Source: Spirochaetia bacterium (lineage in GTDB: Bacteria; Spirochaetota; Spirochaetia; SZUA-6; Bin103). Taken from it: DNA of 64,000 nt. The stretch lies in the NCBI GenBank assembly GCA_965203515.1, contig OZ241907.1, positions 3,616,001 through 3,680,000 of the forward strand, given 5' to 3'. Each line of letters opens with the position of its first letter. Positions within the stretch are counted from its first letter, which is position 1. Both the position numbers and the translations under genes were made by a program. Below, piece after piece: positions 1 through 9,068 of the stretch. The notes under the pieces are model-generated. The model was not told the DNA's origin and did not search any database. It saw nothing but the letters and a program-made list of their open reading frames with translations.

Positions 1-663
1 AACCATGTCGATATACTCTGCAAGCCACTGCTCGGTATCCCGGTGGGAAGCGAGAACGTCGATCAAGCCTGGATCGGCCCACTGTTCAGCGGCCTGCACC
101 GCCGCGTCCCTGATCTGCACGTTGTCCACGGCCAGCGCGTCGCGCACGAGCGCGGCACGCCATGCTTCTGTTCCAGGATCGTATTGGCGGCCCAAGCAGC
201 GTAGTACTGAGGCGGCGAACCCCGGTCGTCCGGCGTCCAGGGAACGTTCCCTCAACCACGCAAGGATCGATTGCTCGTCCCCGGAACTCAACGCGTCTGC
301 AATGATCTCGTCGGCCGGATGGTCCATGCCGTCTTCAAACGGCTCCGTCTCGAAGGCCGCATACAGGGAATACTCGAAGCGCGCCGTTGCCCCCGACCTC
401 TCCTCCGGAGACGCGACCCGTTTCTCATCGGCATGACCCAACGCCATCACGCTCCACACCCGGTATCGTGTCCCATCCGACGACGGGTCGACCACATGAA
501 CGACTTGCCGGTCCCTCACCAGTGCGATTCGGAATGCCGCTTCCTTCGACACTGCGAGCGAGCCTCTCAGATCTGCAAACCGACACTGATCGTCAGCGTA
601 TTGCGTAAATCGAATCGACGTAAATAAACCTGAACTTACCGTCGACTCCTGGTCAGTCTGCAT
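1..663 (-). CDS. Hypothetical protein with a C-terminal HEAT-like helical region, partner of the TIGR04255 gene (3' end runs off the window)
   Basis: Not in the ORF track. Read by hand from ATG at 663, open to position 1: MQTDQESTV...FEDGMDHPADEII...DNVQIRDAAVQAAEQWADPGLIDVLASHRDTEQWLAEYIDMV. The start overlaps the upstream gene's stop by 11 nt. Confidence 0.75.
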   Translation of the reverse strand, partial: MQTDQESTVSSGLFTSIRFTQYADDQCRFADLRGSLAVSKEAAFRIALVRDRQVVHVVDPSSDGTRYRVWSVMALGHADEKRVASPEERSGATARFEYSLYAAFETEPFEDGMDHPADEIIADALSSGDEQSILAWLRERSLDAGRPGFAASVLRCLGRQYDPGTEAWRAALVRDALAVDNVQIRDAAVQAAEQWADPGLIDVLASHRDTEQWLAEYIDMV

Positions 664-1417
664 CGAAGATCTCCCTGGCCTTGTCCGTGATGATCGCCTC
701 GAACGCCAACCGTTCCCGATCGCGCAGATCTTTCGCTTTCTCGATAGCTTTATCCTTCCCGACCGCGCTTTCGGTTTCCCAAATGACATCGAGATCGAGA
801 ACTATCTGAGTGGCATCCGTCGAACTCGAGAATTTCACTTGCGCTAGAATGAGGCGCACGCCGTCTTCATAAGAAAGTTCCGTGCGGCTGACAAACTCAC
901 TCACCCGAGGCGGCAACCCCGCCACTACCGGTAACGCACACTTCAAATAGTCTCCGATATTCGCGGCTTCCTTTGGAATGTCGATCCTGTTGACATACCG
1001 AATACTGATCCTCTTGACACCGTTCGGACTGGCTACTTTCCAGTATGCATCGAGAGCTTTCTGGATTCGATGTCGAAATTCACTCCAGCCATCCTGCGCG
1101 GATCCGGCATTTCCCTGATAGGGCCGAAGCATGTGTACGCTGACCACATCCGGTCCGATGCCAACCATTCTCGATTCGTCATTCGTAATTAGCAGAACTC
1201 TTCCCAGCCGCTCGCCATGTCGCAACTCGGACGGTTGTCCATCCTGCAATGCCAGTCCGACCTGGACCACATTCTGCTGCCGCGGCTTGCCCGGGTAATC
1301 GTCTAGTTCGGTGTGGAGTTTGCCCGGAATGGTCAGATCCCACGTTTCGTCTGAATCAAAGTGAAATTCGCAAAGCGCTTCCTCGATCGGCGGATTCCTG
1401 TATCGACGATGACCCAT
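653..1417 (-). CDS. TIGR04255 family protein (function unknown)
   Basis: N-terminal YRNPPIEEALCEFHF, central RISIRYVNRI, LDLDV and C-terminal FEAIITDKAREIF match the family pattern. Visibly lower GC than the flanking sdh genes. Confidence 0.8.
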   Translation of the reverse strand: MGHRRYRNPPIEEALCEFHFDSDETWDLTIPGKLHTELDDYPGKPRQQNVVQVGLALQDGQPSELRHGERLGRVLLITNDESRMVGIGPDVVSVHMLRPYQGNAGSAQDGWSEFRHRIQKALDAYWKVASPNGVKRISIRYVNRIDIPKEAANIGDYLKCALPVVAGLPPRVSEFVSRTELSYEDGVRLILAQVKFSSSTDATQIVLDLDVIWETESAVGKDKAIEKAKDLRDRERLAFEAIITDKAREIFDAD

Positions 1418-2184
1418 CAGCTATCTCCTCGACCTCCGGCCGGGTCGCGCAGCTCGGCGGCCAGGAACTCGCGGTTGAGGCGCGCGATGGTCTCGAAGGA
1501 GATGCCCTTGGGACACTCCGCTTCGCACTCCGCTTCGTTCGTGCAGTTGCCGAACCCTTCCGCGTCCATGGCCCGCACCATGGCGCGGGCGCGCCGGCGG
1601 CGCTCGGGCTGCCCCTGCGGCAGCCGTCCCAGATGGGTCAGCTTGGCGGCGGTGAACAGCATCGCCGAGGCGTTCTTGCAGGCCGCCGCGCACGCCCCGC
1701 AGCCGATGCAGGCCGCGGCGTCGAGCGCCGCCTCCGTCGCCTCCTTGGCGACCGGCACGGCGTTCGCCTCCGGCGCGCTGCCGGTGTTGATCGAGACGTA
1801 GCCGCCCGCCTGGATGATCCGGTCGAAGGCGCCGCGGTCCACGACCAGGTCCTTGATCACCGGAAAGGCGCGCGCCCGCCACGGCTCGACGACCAGCGTG
1901 TCTCCGTCGGAGAAGTGGCGCAGGTGGAGTTGGCAGACCGTGACCCCCGGCAGCGGGCCGTGCGCGCGGCCGTCGATCATGAAGCCGCACGAGCCGCAGA
2001 TGCCCTCCCGGCAGTCGTGCTCGAAGGCGACCGGCTCTTCGCCGCGCCGCTCCAGCGAGTCGTTGAGCACGTCCAGCATCTCCAGAAACGACATGTCCGG
2101 CGAGACGTCCGGCACTTCGTAGTCGACCAGCCGGCCGCGCCGCTCGCCGCGCCGTTGCCGCCAGACCCGCAGCCGGATCGTCAC
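1417..2184 (-). CDS. sdhB: Succinate dehydrogenase/fumarate reductase iron-sulfur subunit
   Basis: CREGICGSC...C, CIGCGAC...C and [12 protein letters not shown] cluster motifs. GTG start at 2184 overlaps the sdhA stop (GTGA). This is the C-terminal part of track ORF 1417..4176. Confidence 0.95.
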   Translation of the reverse strand: MTIRLRVWRQRRGERRGRLVDYEVPDVSPDMSFLEMLDVLNDSLERRGEEPVAFEHDCREGICGSCGFMIDGRAHGPLPGVTVCQLHLRHFSDGDTLVVEPWRARAFPVIKDLVVDRGAFDRIIQAGGYVSINTGSAPEANAVPVAKEATEAALDAAACIGCGACAAACKNASAMLFTAAKLTHLGRLPQGQPERRRRARAMVRAMDAEGFGNCTNEAECEAECPKGISFETIARLNREFLAAELRDPAGGRGDS

Positions 2185-4112
2185 TTGTAGCTCCTTGCCG
2201 TGGGGTGGGCCACCTCGAACTCCAGCTCCTCGCGATGCAGGGCGGCGTCCGCGCCCACGCCTCGATGCTCCCAGCCGGCCACGTAGGAGAAGCGCTCGTC
2301 GTCGCGCAGCGCCTCGTTGTCGGCGGTCTGGTGCTCGACGCGGAAGTGCGAACCGCACGACTCCTCGCGGTGCAGCGCGTCCTGCACGATCAGCTGGCCG
2401 AACTCCAGAAAGTCGGCCACGCGGCCGGCGCGCTCCACTACGTCGTTGAGGTCGGCGGCGCTGCCCGGCACCGACGCCTCCGCCCAGAAGCGGTCGCGCA
2501 GCTCGGCGATCGCTCCCCCGGCCTCGGCGAGCCCCTGCGCGCTGCGCGTCATGCCCGCCTTGTCCCACAGGATGCGCCCCAGGCGGCGATGGAAGTCCTC
2601 CACCGGCGCGCCGCCGTCCAGCGCGGCCAGGCGCCCGATCCGTTCCGCCGCCTGCCGCTCCGCGTCGGCGAACGCCGCGTGGCCGGTGTCGAGGTCCGGC
2701 AGCGGAGCGGTGGCCAGATAGCCGCCCAGCGTAGCGGGGATGATGAAGTAGCCGTCGGCCAGTCCCTGCATCAGCGCGCTGGCGCCCAGGCGATTGGCTC
2801 CGTGGTCGGAGAAGTTGGCCTCGCCCAGCGCGAACAGGCCGGGGATGGTCGTCATCAGGTCGTAGTCGACCCACAGGCCGCCCATCGTGTAGTGCACGGC
2901 CGGATAGATGCGCATCGGCGCCGCATACGGGTCCTCGCCCGTGATCATCCGGTACATCTGGAACAGGTTGCCGTAGCGCTCGCGGATGCGCTCCACGCCG
3001 AGCCGCTCGATGGCATCGCGCAGGTCGAGATAGACCGCATGGCCGGTGGCGCCGACCCCGCGGCCGGCGTCGCAGACCTCCTTGGCGGCCCGCGAGGCCA
3101 CGTCGCGCGGCACCAGATTGCCGAACGCCGGGTAGCGCTCCTCCAGGAAATAGCGGCGTTCCGCTTCCGGGATGTCGGCCGGCGGGCGCGCGTCGCCGGC
3201 CGTCTCCGGCACCCAGACGCGGCCGTCGTTGCGCAGGCTCTCGCTCATCAGGGTCAGCTTGGCCTGGTGCTCGCCCGACACCGGGATGCAGGTCGGGTGG
3301 ATCTGCACGAAGCACGGGTTGGCGAACAGCGCGCCGCGCTTGTGGGCGCGCCACGTGGCGGTGACGTTGCTCGACTTGGCGTTGGTCGACAGATAGTAGG
3401 CGTTGCCGTAGCCGCCGGTGGCCAGCAGCACCGCATGCGCGGCGTGGGTCTCGAGGCCGCCGTCGAGCAGGTTGCGGGCGACGATGCCGCGCGCGGTCCC
3501 GTCCGCCACCACCACGTCCAGCATCTCCCGCCGGGTCAGCATGCGCACCTGGCCGGCGGCGATCTGCCGGCTCAGCGCTCCGTAGGCGCCGAGCAGGAGT
3601 TGCTGACCGGTCTGGCCGCGCGCGTAGAAGGTGCGCGACACCTGCGCGCCGCCGAACGACCGGTTGGCCAGCAGTCCGCCGTACTCGCGCGCGAACGGCA
3701 CCCCCTGCGCCGCGCACTGGTCGATGATCAGGTTCGATATCTCCGCCAGCCGGTAGACGTTGGACTCGCGCGCGCGGTAGTCGCCGCCCTTGATGGTGTC
3801 GTGGAAGAGCCGGAAGACGCTGTCGCCGTCGTTGGGGTAGTTCTTGGCGGCGTTGATGCCGCCCTGCGCGGCGATGCTGTGCGCCCGCCGCGGGCTGTCC
3901 TGCAGGCACAGGCAGGTCACCCGATAGCCCAGCTCCGCAAGCGACGCGGCGGCCGAGGCGCCGGCCAGCCCGGAGCCGACCACGATCACGGAGTAGCGGC
4001 GCCGGTTGGCCGGGTTGACCAGCGGCAGGTCGAAGCGGTGCCGGGTCCAGCGCTCGGCAAGCGCTCCCGAAGGCGCGGCGCCGTCGAGCTGCCCGGCGGC
4101 TGCGCCGCTCAT
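2181..4112 (-). CDS. sdhA: Succinate dehydrogenase/fumarate reductase flavoprotein subunit
   Basis: [11 protein letters not shown] motif, [13 protein letters not shown] (covalent FAD His), [21 protein letters not shown] at 4112 overlaps the sdhC stop (ATGA). Confidence 0.96.
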   Translation of the reverse strand: MSGAAAGQLDGAAPSGALAERWTRHRFDLPLVNPANRRRYSVIVVGSGLAGASAAASLAELGYRVTCLCLQDSPRRAHSIAAQGGINAAKNYPNDGDSVFRLFHDTIKGGDYRARESNVYRLAEISNLIIDQCAAQGVPFAREYGGLLANRSFGGAQVSRTFYARGQTGQQLLLGAYGALSRQIAAGQVRMLTRREMLDVVVADGTARGIVARNLLDGGLETHAAHAVLLATGGYGNAYYLSTNAKSSNVTATWRAHKRGALFANPCFVQIHPTCIPVSGEHQAKLTLMSESLRNDGRVWVPETAGDARPPADIPEAERRYFLEERYPAFGNLVPRDVASRAAKEVCDAGRGVGATGHAVYLDLRDAIERLGVERIRERYGNLFQMYRMITGEDPYAAPMRIYPAVHYTMGGLWVDYDLMTTIPGLFALGEANFSDHGANRLGASALMQGLADGYFIIPATLGGYLATAPLPDLDTGHAAFADAERQAAERIGRLAALDGGAPVEDFHRRLGRILWDKAGMTRSAQGLAEAGGAIAELRDRFWAEASVPGSAADLNDVVERAGRVADFLEFGQLIVQDALHREESCGSHFRVEHQTADNEALRDDERFSYVAGWEHRGVGADAALHREELEFEVAHPTARSYK

Positions 4113-4771
4113 GCGCCGCCCCCGGCCAGGAAGTAGATCGGCAGCGACGCGAAACCGGCCGGCACCGCCAGGGCAAAGACCGTGCCCACCACGCGGATCA
4201 CCCGGGCGTACCGCACCTGATGCAGCCCCAGCGACTTGAAGCCGGATTGAAAGCCGTGCAGCAGGTGCGCGGCCAGCAGCACCATCGCCGCCACGTACAG
4301 CGCCGCGTACAGCGGCTCGCGGAAGGTGGCGGCCACCAGGTCGTACAGGGACAGGTCGGCCGCCCGCGGGCCGAAGCGCGACTCGTAGAAGAACTGCCGG
4401 AGATGGATCACCAGAAAGATGAAGGTGGCGCTGCCGGTGATCATCATCGTGCGGGACGCCAGGGTGGCGGCGCCGGCCGACCGCTTCTTGACGTAGCGCG
4501 CCGGTCGCGCCCGGCGGTTGCGGACCGTGAGCCACAGCCCGCTCGCCGCGTGCAGGGCGATCGACAGGAACAGCAGCACCTCGACGATGCGGATGACGAT
4601 GTTGGCGGTCAGCTCGTGCGCGTGCTCGTCGAACCGCTCCGCACCGGCGTAGAGCAGCAGGTTGCCGTACAGATGGACCACCAGGAACGAGCACAGGAAC
4701 AACCCCGTGGCGCCCATCAGCGCCTTCCTGCCGACCGACGAGGTCAGCATCTCGAAGCACCAGCGAATCAC
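4109..4771 (-). CDS. sdhC: Succinate dehydrogenase cytochrome b558 subunit (single 5-TM anchor, diheme type B)
   Basis: [13 protein letters not shown] start, five hydrophobic segments, four His in helices (VVHLYGN, ALHAAS, VIHLRQF, AAHLLHG). First gene of the sdh operon. The start may be ATG at 4750. Confidence 0.92.
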   Translation of the reverse strand: MIRWCFEMLTSSVGRKALMGATGLFLCSFLVVHLYGNLLLYAGAERFDEHAHELTANIVIRIVEVLLFLSIALHAASGLWLTVRNRRARPARYVKKRSAGAATLASRTMMITGSATFIFLVIHLRQFFYESRFGPRAADLSLYDLVAATFREPLYAALYVAAMVLLAAHLLHGFQSGFKSLGLHQVRYARVIRVVGTVFALAVPAGFASLPIYFLAGGGA

Positions 4772-4883
4772 GCGCCCCCGACTGTACGGGAAGACCGGCG
4801 CATGGCGCTACCTCCGGCGGACCGCGCCGCCGCGCGTCGGCCGGCGGTTGCGGGGATTCGCTGCCCCCGGCGTCGTCTGAGCG

Positions 4884-4894
4884 GTATCATACGG
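4884..4894. promoter_or_regulatory. Overlapping -10 boxes (TATCAT on +, TATGAT on -) between divergent sdhC and mrp; probable leaderless start of mrp
   Basis: GTATCATACGG. TATCAT (4885-4890) lies 5 nt before ATG 4896, with no Shine-Dalgarno. Confidence 0.5.
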
Positions 4895-4895
4895 T

Positions 4896-6206
4896 ATGGC
4901 TACGCAAGCGGACGTCACGGACGCCCTGCGCGCGATCGTCGATCCCGACCTGCACCAGGACATCGTCAGCCTGGGGTTTCTGAAGACGGTCGAGATCGAG
5001 GACGGGCACGTCCTGGCGCAGATTCACATCACCACGCCGGCCTGCCCGGTGCGGGACGAGTTCAAGACGCAGGCCGAGCGGCTGATCGGGGACCTGCCCG
5101 GCGTCAGGTCGGTCACGGTGCGGATCACGGCGCCGGAGCAGCGGCGCACCTCACCGGTCAAGGAGTCGGGCCTGGAGGAGGTTTCGACGATCATCGCCGT
5201 GGCGTCCTGCAAGGGCGGGGTCGGCAAGTCGACGGTCGCCGCCGGCATCGCCAGCGAGCTGGCGCGCCGCGGCCATCGCATCGGCCTGCTGGACGCCGAC
5301 ATCTTCGGCCCGTCGGTGCCGACCCTGTTCAACCGCCACGATCAGCCGCTCACCGCCGGACGCGGCAACCTGCTGGCGCCGGTCCCGGTCGGCCCGCTGC
5401 AGGTCATGTCGTTCGGCTTCTGGCTCGGCGACGCGCCGGCGGTCATGCGCGGGCCGATGGTCACCAGCTACGTGCAACAGTTCCTGCACGGCGTGGCCTG
5501 GGGCGGCCTGGACTACCTGCTGCTCGATCTGCCGCCGGGCACCGGCGACGTGCAGCTCACCATCACGCAGGCGATCCAGTTGGACGGCGCGCTGATCGTC
5601 ACCACGCCGCAGGCGCTGGCGCTCAGCGACGTCGGCAAGGGCATCGTGATGTTCGACAAGGTCGAGGTGCCGGTGCTCGGCGTGATCGAGAACATGGCCT
5701 GGTTCGCCGACGGCGGCGGCCGGCGCCACCACGTGTTCGGCGCAGGCGGGGGCGAGGCGCTGGCGCAGCGGTTCGGCGTCCCGCTGCTCTGTCAGCTTCC
5801 GCTCGATCCGGCCGCCTACGGCGGCAGCTTCGACGCCTATGCCGGCGACGAGGGTCTTGCGCGCGCGTCCGACGCGGTGGTGCGGGCGCTGGGACGCAGC
5901 AAGGCCGGCTCGCAGGCGAGGCCGGAGGTGACGTTCGACGAACGCGCGCTCAGCGTGAGTTGGGAGGACGGTTCGGTCGATCGCGTCGCCAACCGCGCGC
6001 TGCGCGCCAACTGCCGGTGCGCGCGCTGCATCGACGAGTTCTCCGGCGCGCAGCTGCTCGACGTCGAACGCATCCCCGCCGACATCCGCGCGGAGGAGGT
6101 GCGGGTGGTCGGCAACTACGCGCTGGCGGTGACCTGGAGCGACGGCCACTCGACCGGGCTCTACCCGTACCGGACCATCAAGTCGCTGGCGGCGGAGGCG
6201 GCCTGA
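4896..6206 (+). CDS. mrp: Mrp/ApbC/NBP35 Fe-S cluster carrier ATPase with N-terminal DUF59 and C-terminal DUF971-like domains (HCF101-like architecture)
   Basis: DPDLHQDIVSLG and TTPACP (DUF59), deviant Walker A KGGVGKST, DADIFGPS, DLPPGTGD, ENM. C-terminal LRANCRCARC...VGNYAL...WSDGHSTGLY (DUF971). Confidence 0.92.
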   Translation: MATQADVTDALRAIVDPDLHQDIVSLGFLKTVEIEDGHVLAQIHITTPACPVRDEFKTQAERLIGDLPGVRSVTVRITAPEQRRTSPVKESGLEEVSTIIAVASCKGGVGKSTVAAGIASELARRGHRIGLLDADIFGPSVPTLFNRHDQPLTAGRGNLLAPVPVGPLQVMSFGFWLGDAPAVMRGPMVTSYVQQFLHGVAWGGLDYLLLDLPPGTGDVQLTITQAIQLDGALIVTTPQALALSDVGKGIVMFDKVEVPVLGVIENMAWFADGGGRRHHVFGAGGGEALAQRFGVPLLCQLPLDPAAYGGSFDAYAGDEGLARASDAVVRALGRSKAGSQARPEVTFDERALSVSWEDGSVDRVANRALRANCRCARCIDEFSGAQLLDVERIPADIRAEEVRVVGNYALAVTWSDGHSTGLYPYRTIKSLAAEAA

Positions 6207-6463
6207 ACCCCCTGCTGCACGGACTGGCCGGGGAGCCGGCGAGCGTCGGCGTCTGCCACGGCACGAGCTGCTCGATGGCGTTCTGCGATGACGTGCTGGA
6301 GGCGGGCTGCGAGCACGCCGCCCGGTCGGTGCCGGTCCGGCGCTGCGGCTGCCTTGGCCACTGTGACGAGGGGCCGAACGTGGTCTATGACGGCGTGGTC
6401 TACACCGACATGGACCCGGCCAAGATGCGGGCGCTGCTCGCGCGGCTCGGCTTGAGCGGCTGA
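6203..6463 (+). CDS. Small thioredoxin-like [2Fe-2S] ferredoxin (NuoE C-terminal-like); start uncertain, probably CTG
   Basis: VCHGTSC (C-x4-C) and CLGHCDEGPNVVYDGVVY (C-x3-C-x2-GP). This is the end of track ORF 4220..6463 and directly follows the mrp stop. Confidence 0.8.
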   Translation: MNPLLHGLAGEPASVGVCHGTSCSMAFCDDVLEAGCEHAARSVPVRRCGCLGHCDEGPNVVYDGVVYTDMDPAKMRALLARLGLSG

Positions 6464-6469
6464 CGCGAT

Positions 6470-7528
6470 TCATCCCGGCGTCGCGCCCCGGAGGAGCCGG
6501 CAACCTGCTCGCGCCGCGGCGATGGCGGCCGTCGCGGCTGGGGCGGCCGCGGCGGCCGGCAGCGTCGACCGGTGCGGTTCCGGTTCCGCCGGAACCGGCG
6601 CCAGCAGCGCGGCCACGCCGTCGCGCACCGCCGCCGGCGCGTAGCCGCCCTCCAGGGTCGCCGCCCAGGGGACGCGCAGCTCGCCGAGGAGCGCGAACAG
6701 CCGGCCGAACAGATCGCGCAGTCCGGCGGCGCTGAGCCGCATGCCGCCGAGCGGATCGGCCGCGTGCGCGTCGAAGCCGGCCGATACGATCACCAGGTCG
6801 GGCCGCCAGGCGCGCACCAGCGGCAGCACCACCCGGTCCATCGCCAGCGCGTACTCGGCGTCTCCGCAGCCGGCCGGCAGCGGCACGTTCACGGTGTACC
6901 CGCGCCCGGCGCCGGCGCCGGTCTCGCCGGCGGCGCCGGACGTCCACGGGTACCACGGGTACTGGTGCAGCGATACGTACAGCACGTCGGCGCGTGCGTA
7001 GAAGATCTCCTGCGTGCCGTTGCCGTGGTGGACGTCGGGATCGAAGATCAGCACCCGGCGGCAGCCGTGGTCGGCCACCGCCGCGGCCGCCGCCGCGGCG
7101 GCGCTGTTGAACAGGCAGAACCCCATGGCGCGCGCCGACTCGGCGTGGTGGCCGGGCGGCCGGGTAAGGCAGACCGCGCCGGCCGCCTCGCCGGCGAGCA
7201 CGGCGCGCACCGCCTCCAGCGCCGCCTGCGCCGCGAGCCGCGCCGCATCGATGCTGTGCGGGCCGATGCGGGTGTCCGGGTCCAGAACCGCGCTGCGGCC
7301 GGACATCCGCAGCAGGCGCTCCACGTAGCGCGGCGCATGCGCCAGGGCCAGCCGGGACGCGCCGGCCGGCTCCAGCCGATCGACGACCCGCAGCCCGGAG
7401 GCCGCCGCGGCGCCGACGGCATCCATGGCGAAGCGCAGCCGCTCGGGGCGCTCGGGATGGCCGGCGCCCGCGTCGTGCCGGGCGCAGCGCGCGTCGGTGA
7501 GCACCAGCAACGGAGCCGCGCGCCTCAT
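6470..7528 (-). CDS. Histone deacetylase family Zn-dependent amidohydrolase
   Basis: HPERPERL, RPPGHHA, GFCLFN, DPDVHHGNGTQ, SLHQ, SAGFDAH, LEGGY. Confidence 0.95.
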   Translation of the reverse strand: MRRAAPLLVLTDARCARHDAGAGHPERPERLRFAMDAVGAAAASGLRVVDRLEPAGASRLALAHAPRYVERLLRMSGRSAVLDPDTRIGPHSIDAARLAAQAALEAVRAVLAGEAAGAVCLTRPPGHHAESARAMGFCLFNSAAAAAAAAVADHGCRRVLIFDPDVHHGNGTQEIFYARADVLYVSLHQYPWYPWTSGAAGETGAGAGRGYTVNVPLPAGCGDAEYALAMDRVVLPLVRAWRPDLVIVSAGFDAHAADPLGGMRLSAAGLRDLFGRLFALLGELRVPWAATLEGGYAPAAVRDGVAALLAPVPAEPEPHRSTLPAAAAAPAATAAIAAARAGCRLLRGATPG

Positions 7529-7545
7529 CCCGGCGCGCCCTCATC

Positions 7546-7574
7546 TTGACGTCCCTTGGGGGGCTGTCTATATT
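7546..7574 (+). promoter_or_regulatory. Sigma70-type promoter of the ferredoxin genes
   Basis: TTGACG (7546-7551), 17 nt, TATATT (7569-7574). GAGGAAGG Shine-Dalgarno before ATG 7601. Confidence 0.75.
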
Positions 7575-7600
7575 GCCGCCAACCAGCTCGAGGAAGGTTC

Positions 7601-7858
7601 ATGGCCTACATCATCACCGAACCCTGTATCGGCACCTGCGATACCTCCTGCGTCGAGGTTTGCCCGGTCGACTGCATCCATCCCTCCGACGGGTACGACG
7701 ATCCGGAAGGCAAGATGCTGTACATCGACCCTGACGAGTGTATCGACTGCGCCGCCTGCGTGCCGGAGTGCCCGGTCGACGCCATCTTCGAGGAAAGCGA
7801 AGTCCCCGACGAGTGGCAGAAGTACATCCAGATCAACGCCGACTACTTCAACAAGTAG
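7601..7858 (+). CDS. Acidic dicluster ferredoxin (FdxA/7Fe-8Fe type)
   Basis: MAYIITEPCIGTCDTSCVEVCPVDCI...YIDPDECIDCAACVPECPVDAIF. ATG 7601 has an SD. Confidence 0.95.
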   Translation: MAYIITEPCIGTCDTSCVEVCPVDCIHPSDGYDDPEGKMLYIDPDECIDCAACVPECPVDAIFEESEVPDEWQKYIQINADYFNK

Positions 7859-7889
7859 CCGGCTGAGCGCAAGCGGACGGGTAGCGGCC

Positions 7890-8234
7890 ATGGCCAAACG
7901 ACGCCGGGCGGAGTTCTACAAGTCGATTCCGGAGCTTCCCAAGGCCATGCAGACCAAGAAGCGCAAGCCCAAGCTCATGGCGGTGGTCGATGAGGACAAC
8001 TGTACCGGCTGCCAGGTCTGCGTGCCGTTCTGTCCGGTCGACTGCATCGCCCCGGTAGCCGGCGACAAGTACGACATCCCCATCCCGCCGGTGCAGATCC
8101 GCTTCAATGAGTGCATCGGCTGCCAGATCTGCGCCCGCGTCTGCACGCAGCTCACCTGGGACGCGATCCGCATGCTGCCGACCGCGGAGTTCGAGAAGAC
8201 CTACCGGATCACCATCGACCAGACCGCCGGTTGA
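7890..8234 (+). CDS. 2x[4Fe-4S] ferredoxin with a basic N-terminal extension
   Basis: CTGCQVCVPFCP and CIGCQICARVC. ATG at 7890 within track ORF 7425..8234. Confidence 0.9.
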   Translation: MAKRRRAEFYKSIPELPKAMQTKKRKPKLMAVVDEDNCTGCQVCVPFCPVDCIAPVAGDKYDIPIPPVQIRFNECIGCQICARVCTQLTWDAIRMLPTAEFEKTYRITIDQTAG

Positions 8235-8258
8235 TTCGCCGGCGCCGCGGAGACGCCG

Positions 8259-8789
8259 ATGTGGCTCTTCCTGTACACGTGCTACGCCCTGATCACCGTC
8301 ACCGGAGCGCTGCTCACCGCCGCGGTGGTGCAGGGGTTCACCGGCATCCCCGTGCTCGGCGCCGCGCATCCTGCGTTCGGCTTCTTCACGACCATCGTCT
8401 TCCTGCTGGCGCAGACGGCGGTGATCTTCTTCTTCGTCGCCACCGGCGTGAGCGTGCGCGACTTCGTGCGCGAGCGCGGGCTCGCCCCGGACCTGATCAC
8501 GCGCTCGCGCCGCGCCCACGGACCGGTATCGGGACAGACCACGCTCAGCCTGCTGCTGGTGATCGCCACCGCCGTCTCCGGCGGGGCTTCGGCCGCCGCC
8601 GTGATACCGCGCTGGCTGCACCTGGCGGTGGTCGCGGTCACCTACGCGCACTTCCTGATGCTGGTGGTGATGCAGCACCGCGCCTTCCGCGCGCAGACCG
8701 CCATCGTCGTGCGGATGGCCGACATGGCGCGGGCCTCAGAGGGTGAGGACGGAGATGACGACCACGGCGCCGGCGCCGAGCAGCAGTAG
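8259..8789 (+). CDS. Hypothetical 4-TM membrane protein
   Basis: Four hydrophobic segments, GGAG SD, codon usage like its neighbours. Confidence 0.8.
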   Translation: MWLFLYTCYALITVTGALLTAAVVQGFTGIPVLGAAHPAFGFFTTIVFLLAQTAVIFFFVATGVSVRDFVRERGLAPDLITRSRRAHGPVSGQTTLSLLLVIATAVSGGASAAAVIPRWLHLAVVAVTYAHFLMLVVMQHRAFRAQTAIVVRMADMARASEGEDGDDDHGAGAEQQ

Positions 8790-8873
8790 CGCGAACGCCG
8801 CGGTGACCAGCACGATGCGGCGAAAGCCGCTCGCTCCGGCGTCGAACTTGAGCACCGTGCGCCGCTCGGTCAT
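8736..8873 (-). CDS. Small single-TM protein (45 aa)
   Basis: Below the track cutoff. MTERRTVLKFDAGASGFRRIVLVTAAFALLLLGAGAVVVISVLTL. Follows 8887..9042 on the same strand and overlaps the 3' end of the convergent gene. Confidence 0.5.
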   Translation of the reverse strand: MTERRTVLKFDAGASGFRRIVLVTAAFALLLLGAGAVVVISVLTL

Positions 8874-8886
8874 GCTTGCGCCCCGG

Positions 8887-9042
8887 TCATCGCTTGAGCC
8901 GCTGCATGAGCCAGCCGGCCATGAAGATGGCGGCGCCGATCGCCACGTCCCGGCCGCGCAGCGGCTCGGGCAGCGCCAGCACGAAACGGACCGCCAGGAA
9001 GCTCAGACCGAGCGCCTGCACGATCTTGGCCACGATGTGCAT
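8887..9042 (-). CDS. Small two-TM protein (51 aa)
   Basis: Below the track cutoff. [53 protein letters not shown]3-rich codons, TATGAT 9 nt upstream. Confidence 0.6.
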   Translation of the reverse strand: MHIVAKIVQALGLSFLAVRFVLALPEPLRGRDVAIGAAIFMAGWLMQRLKR

Positions 9043-9049
9043 CGGCCCA

Positions 9050-9060
9050 GTATCATACGG
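9050..9060. promoter_or_regulatory. Overlapping -10 boxes between the divergent small-protein genes and the ferredoxin reductase
   Basis: GTATCATACGG, identical to 4884-4894. Runs into a GGAGG SD before ATG 9069. Confidence 0.5.
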
Positions 9061-9068
9061 AGGAACAG

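Noticed and set aside
5..627. Plus-strand ORFs 5..436, 271..627 and 387..608
   Set aside because: Shadows of the minus-strand gene running from 663 off the window edge, which gives a coherent protein and an operon-style overlap.
1417..4760. Long N-terminal extensions of track ORFs 1417..4176 and 2181..4760, suggesting fusions
   Set aside because: The extensions are Arg/Pro/Gly-rich off-frame readings of sdhA and sdhC. The true starts overlap the upstream stops (GTGA, ATGA).
4220..6202. 747-aa ORF 4220..6463 as one protein
   Set aside because: Only the last ~86 codons look like protein (ferredoxin). The rest overlaps sdhC antisense and mrp off-frame.
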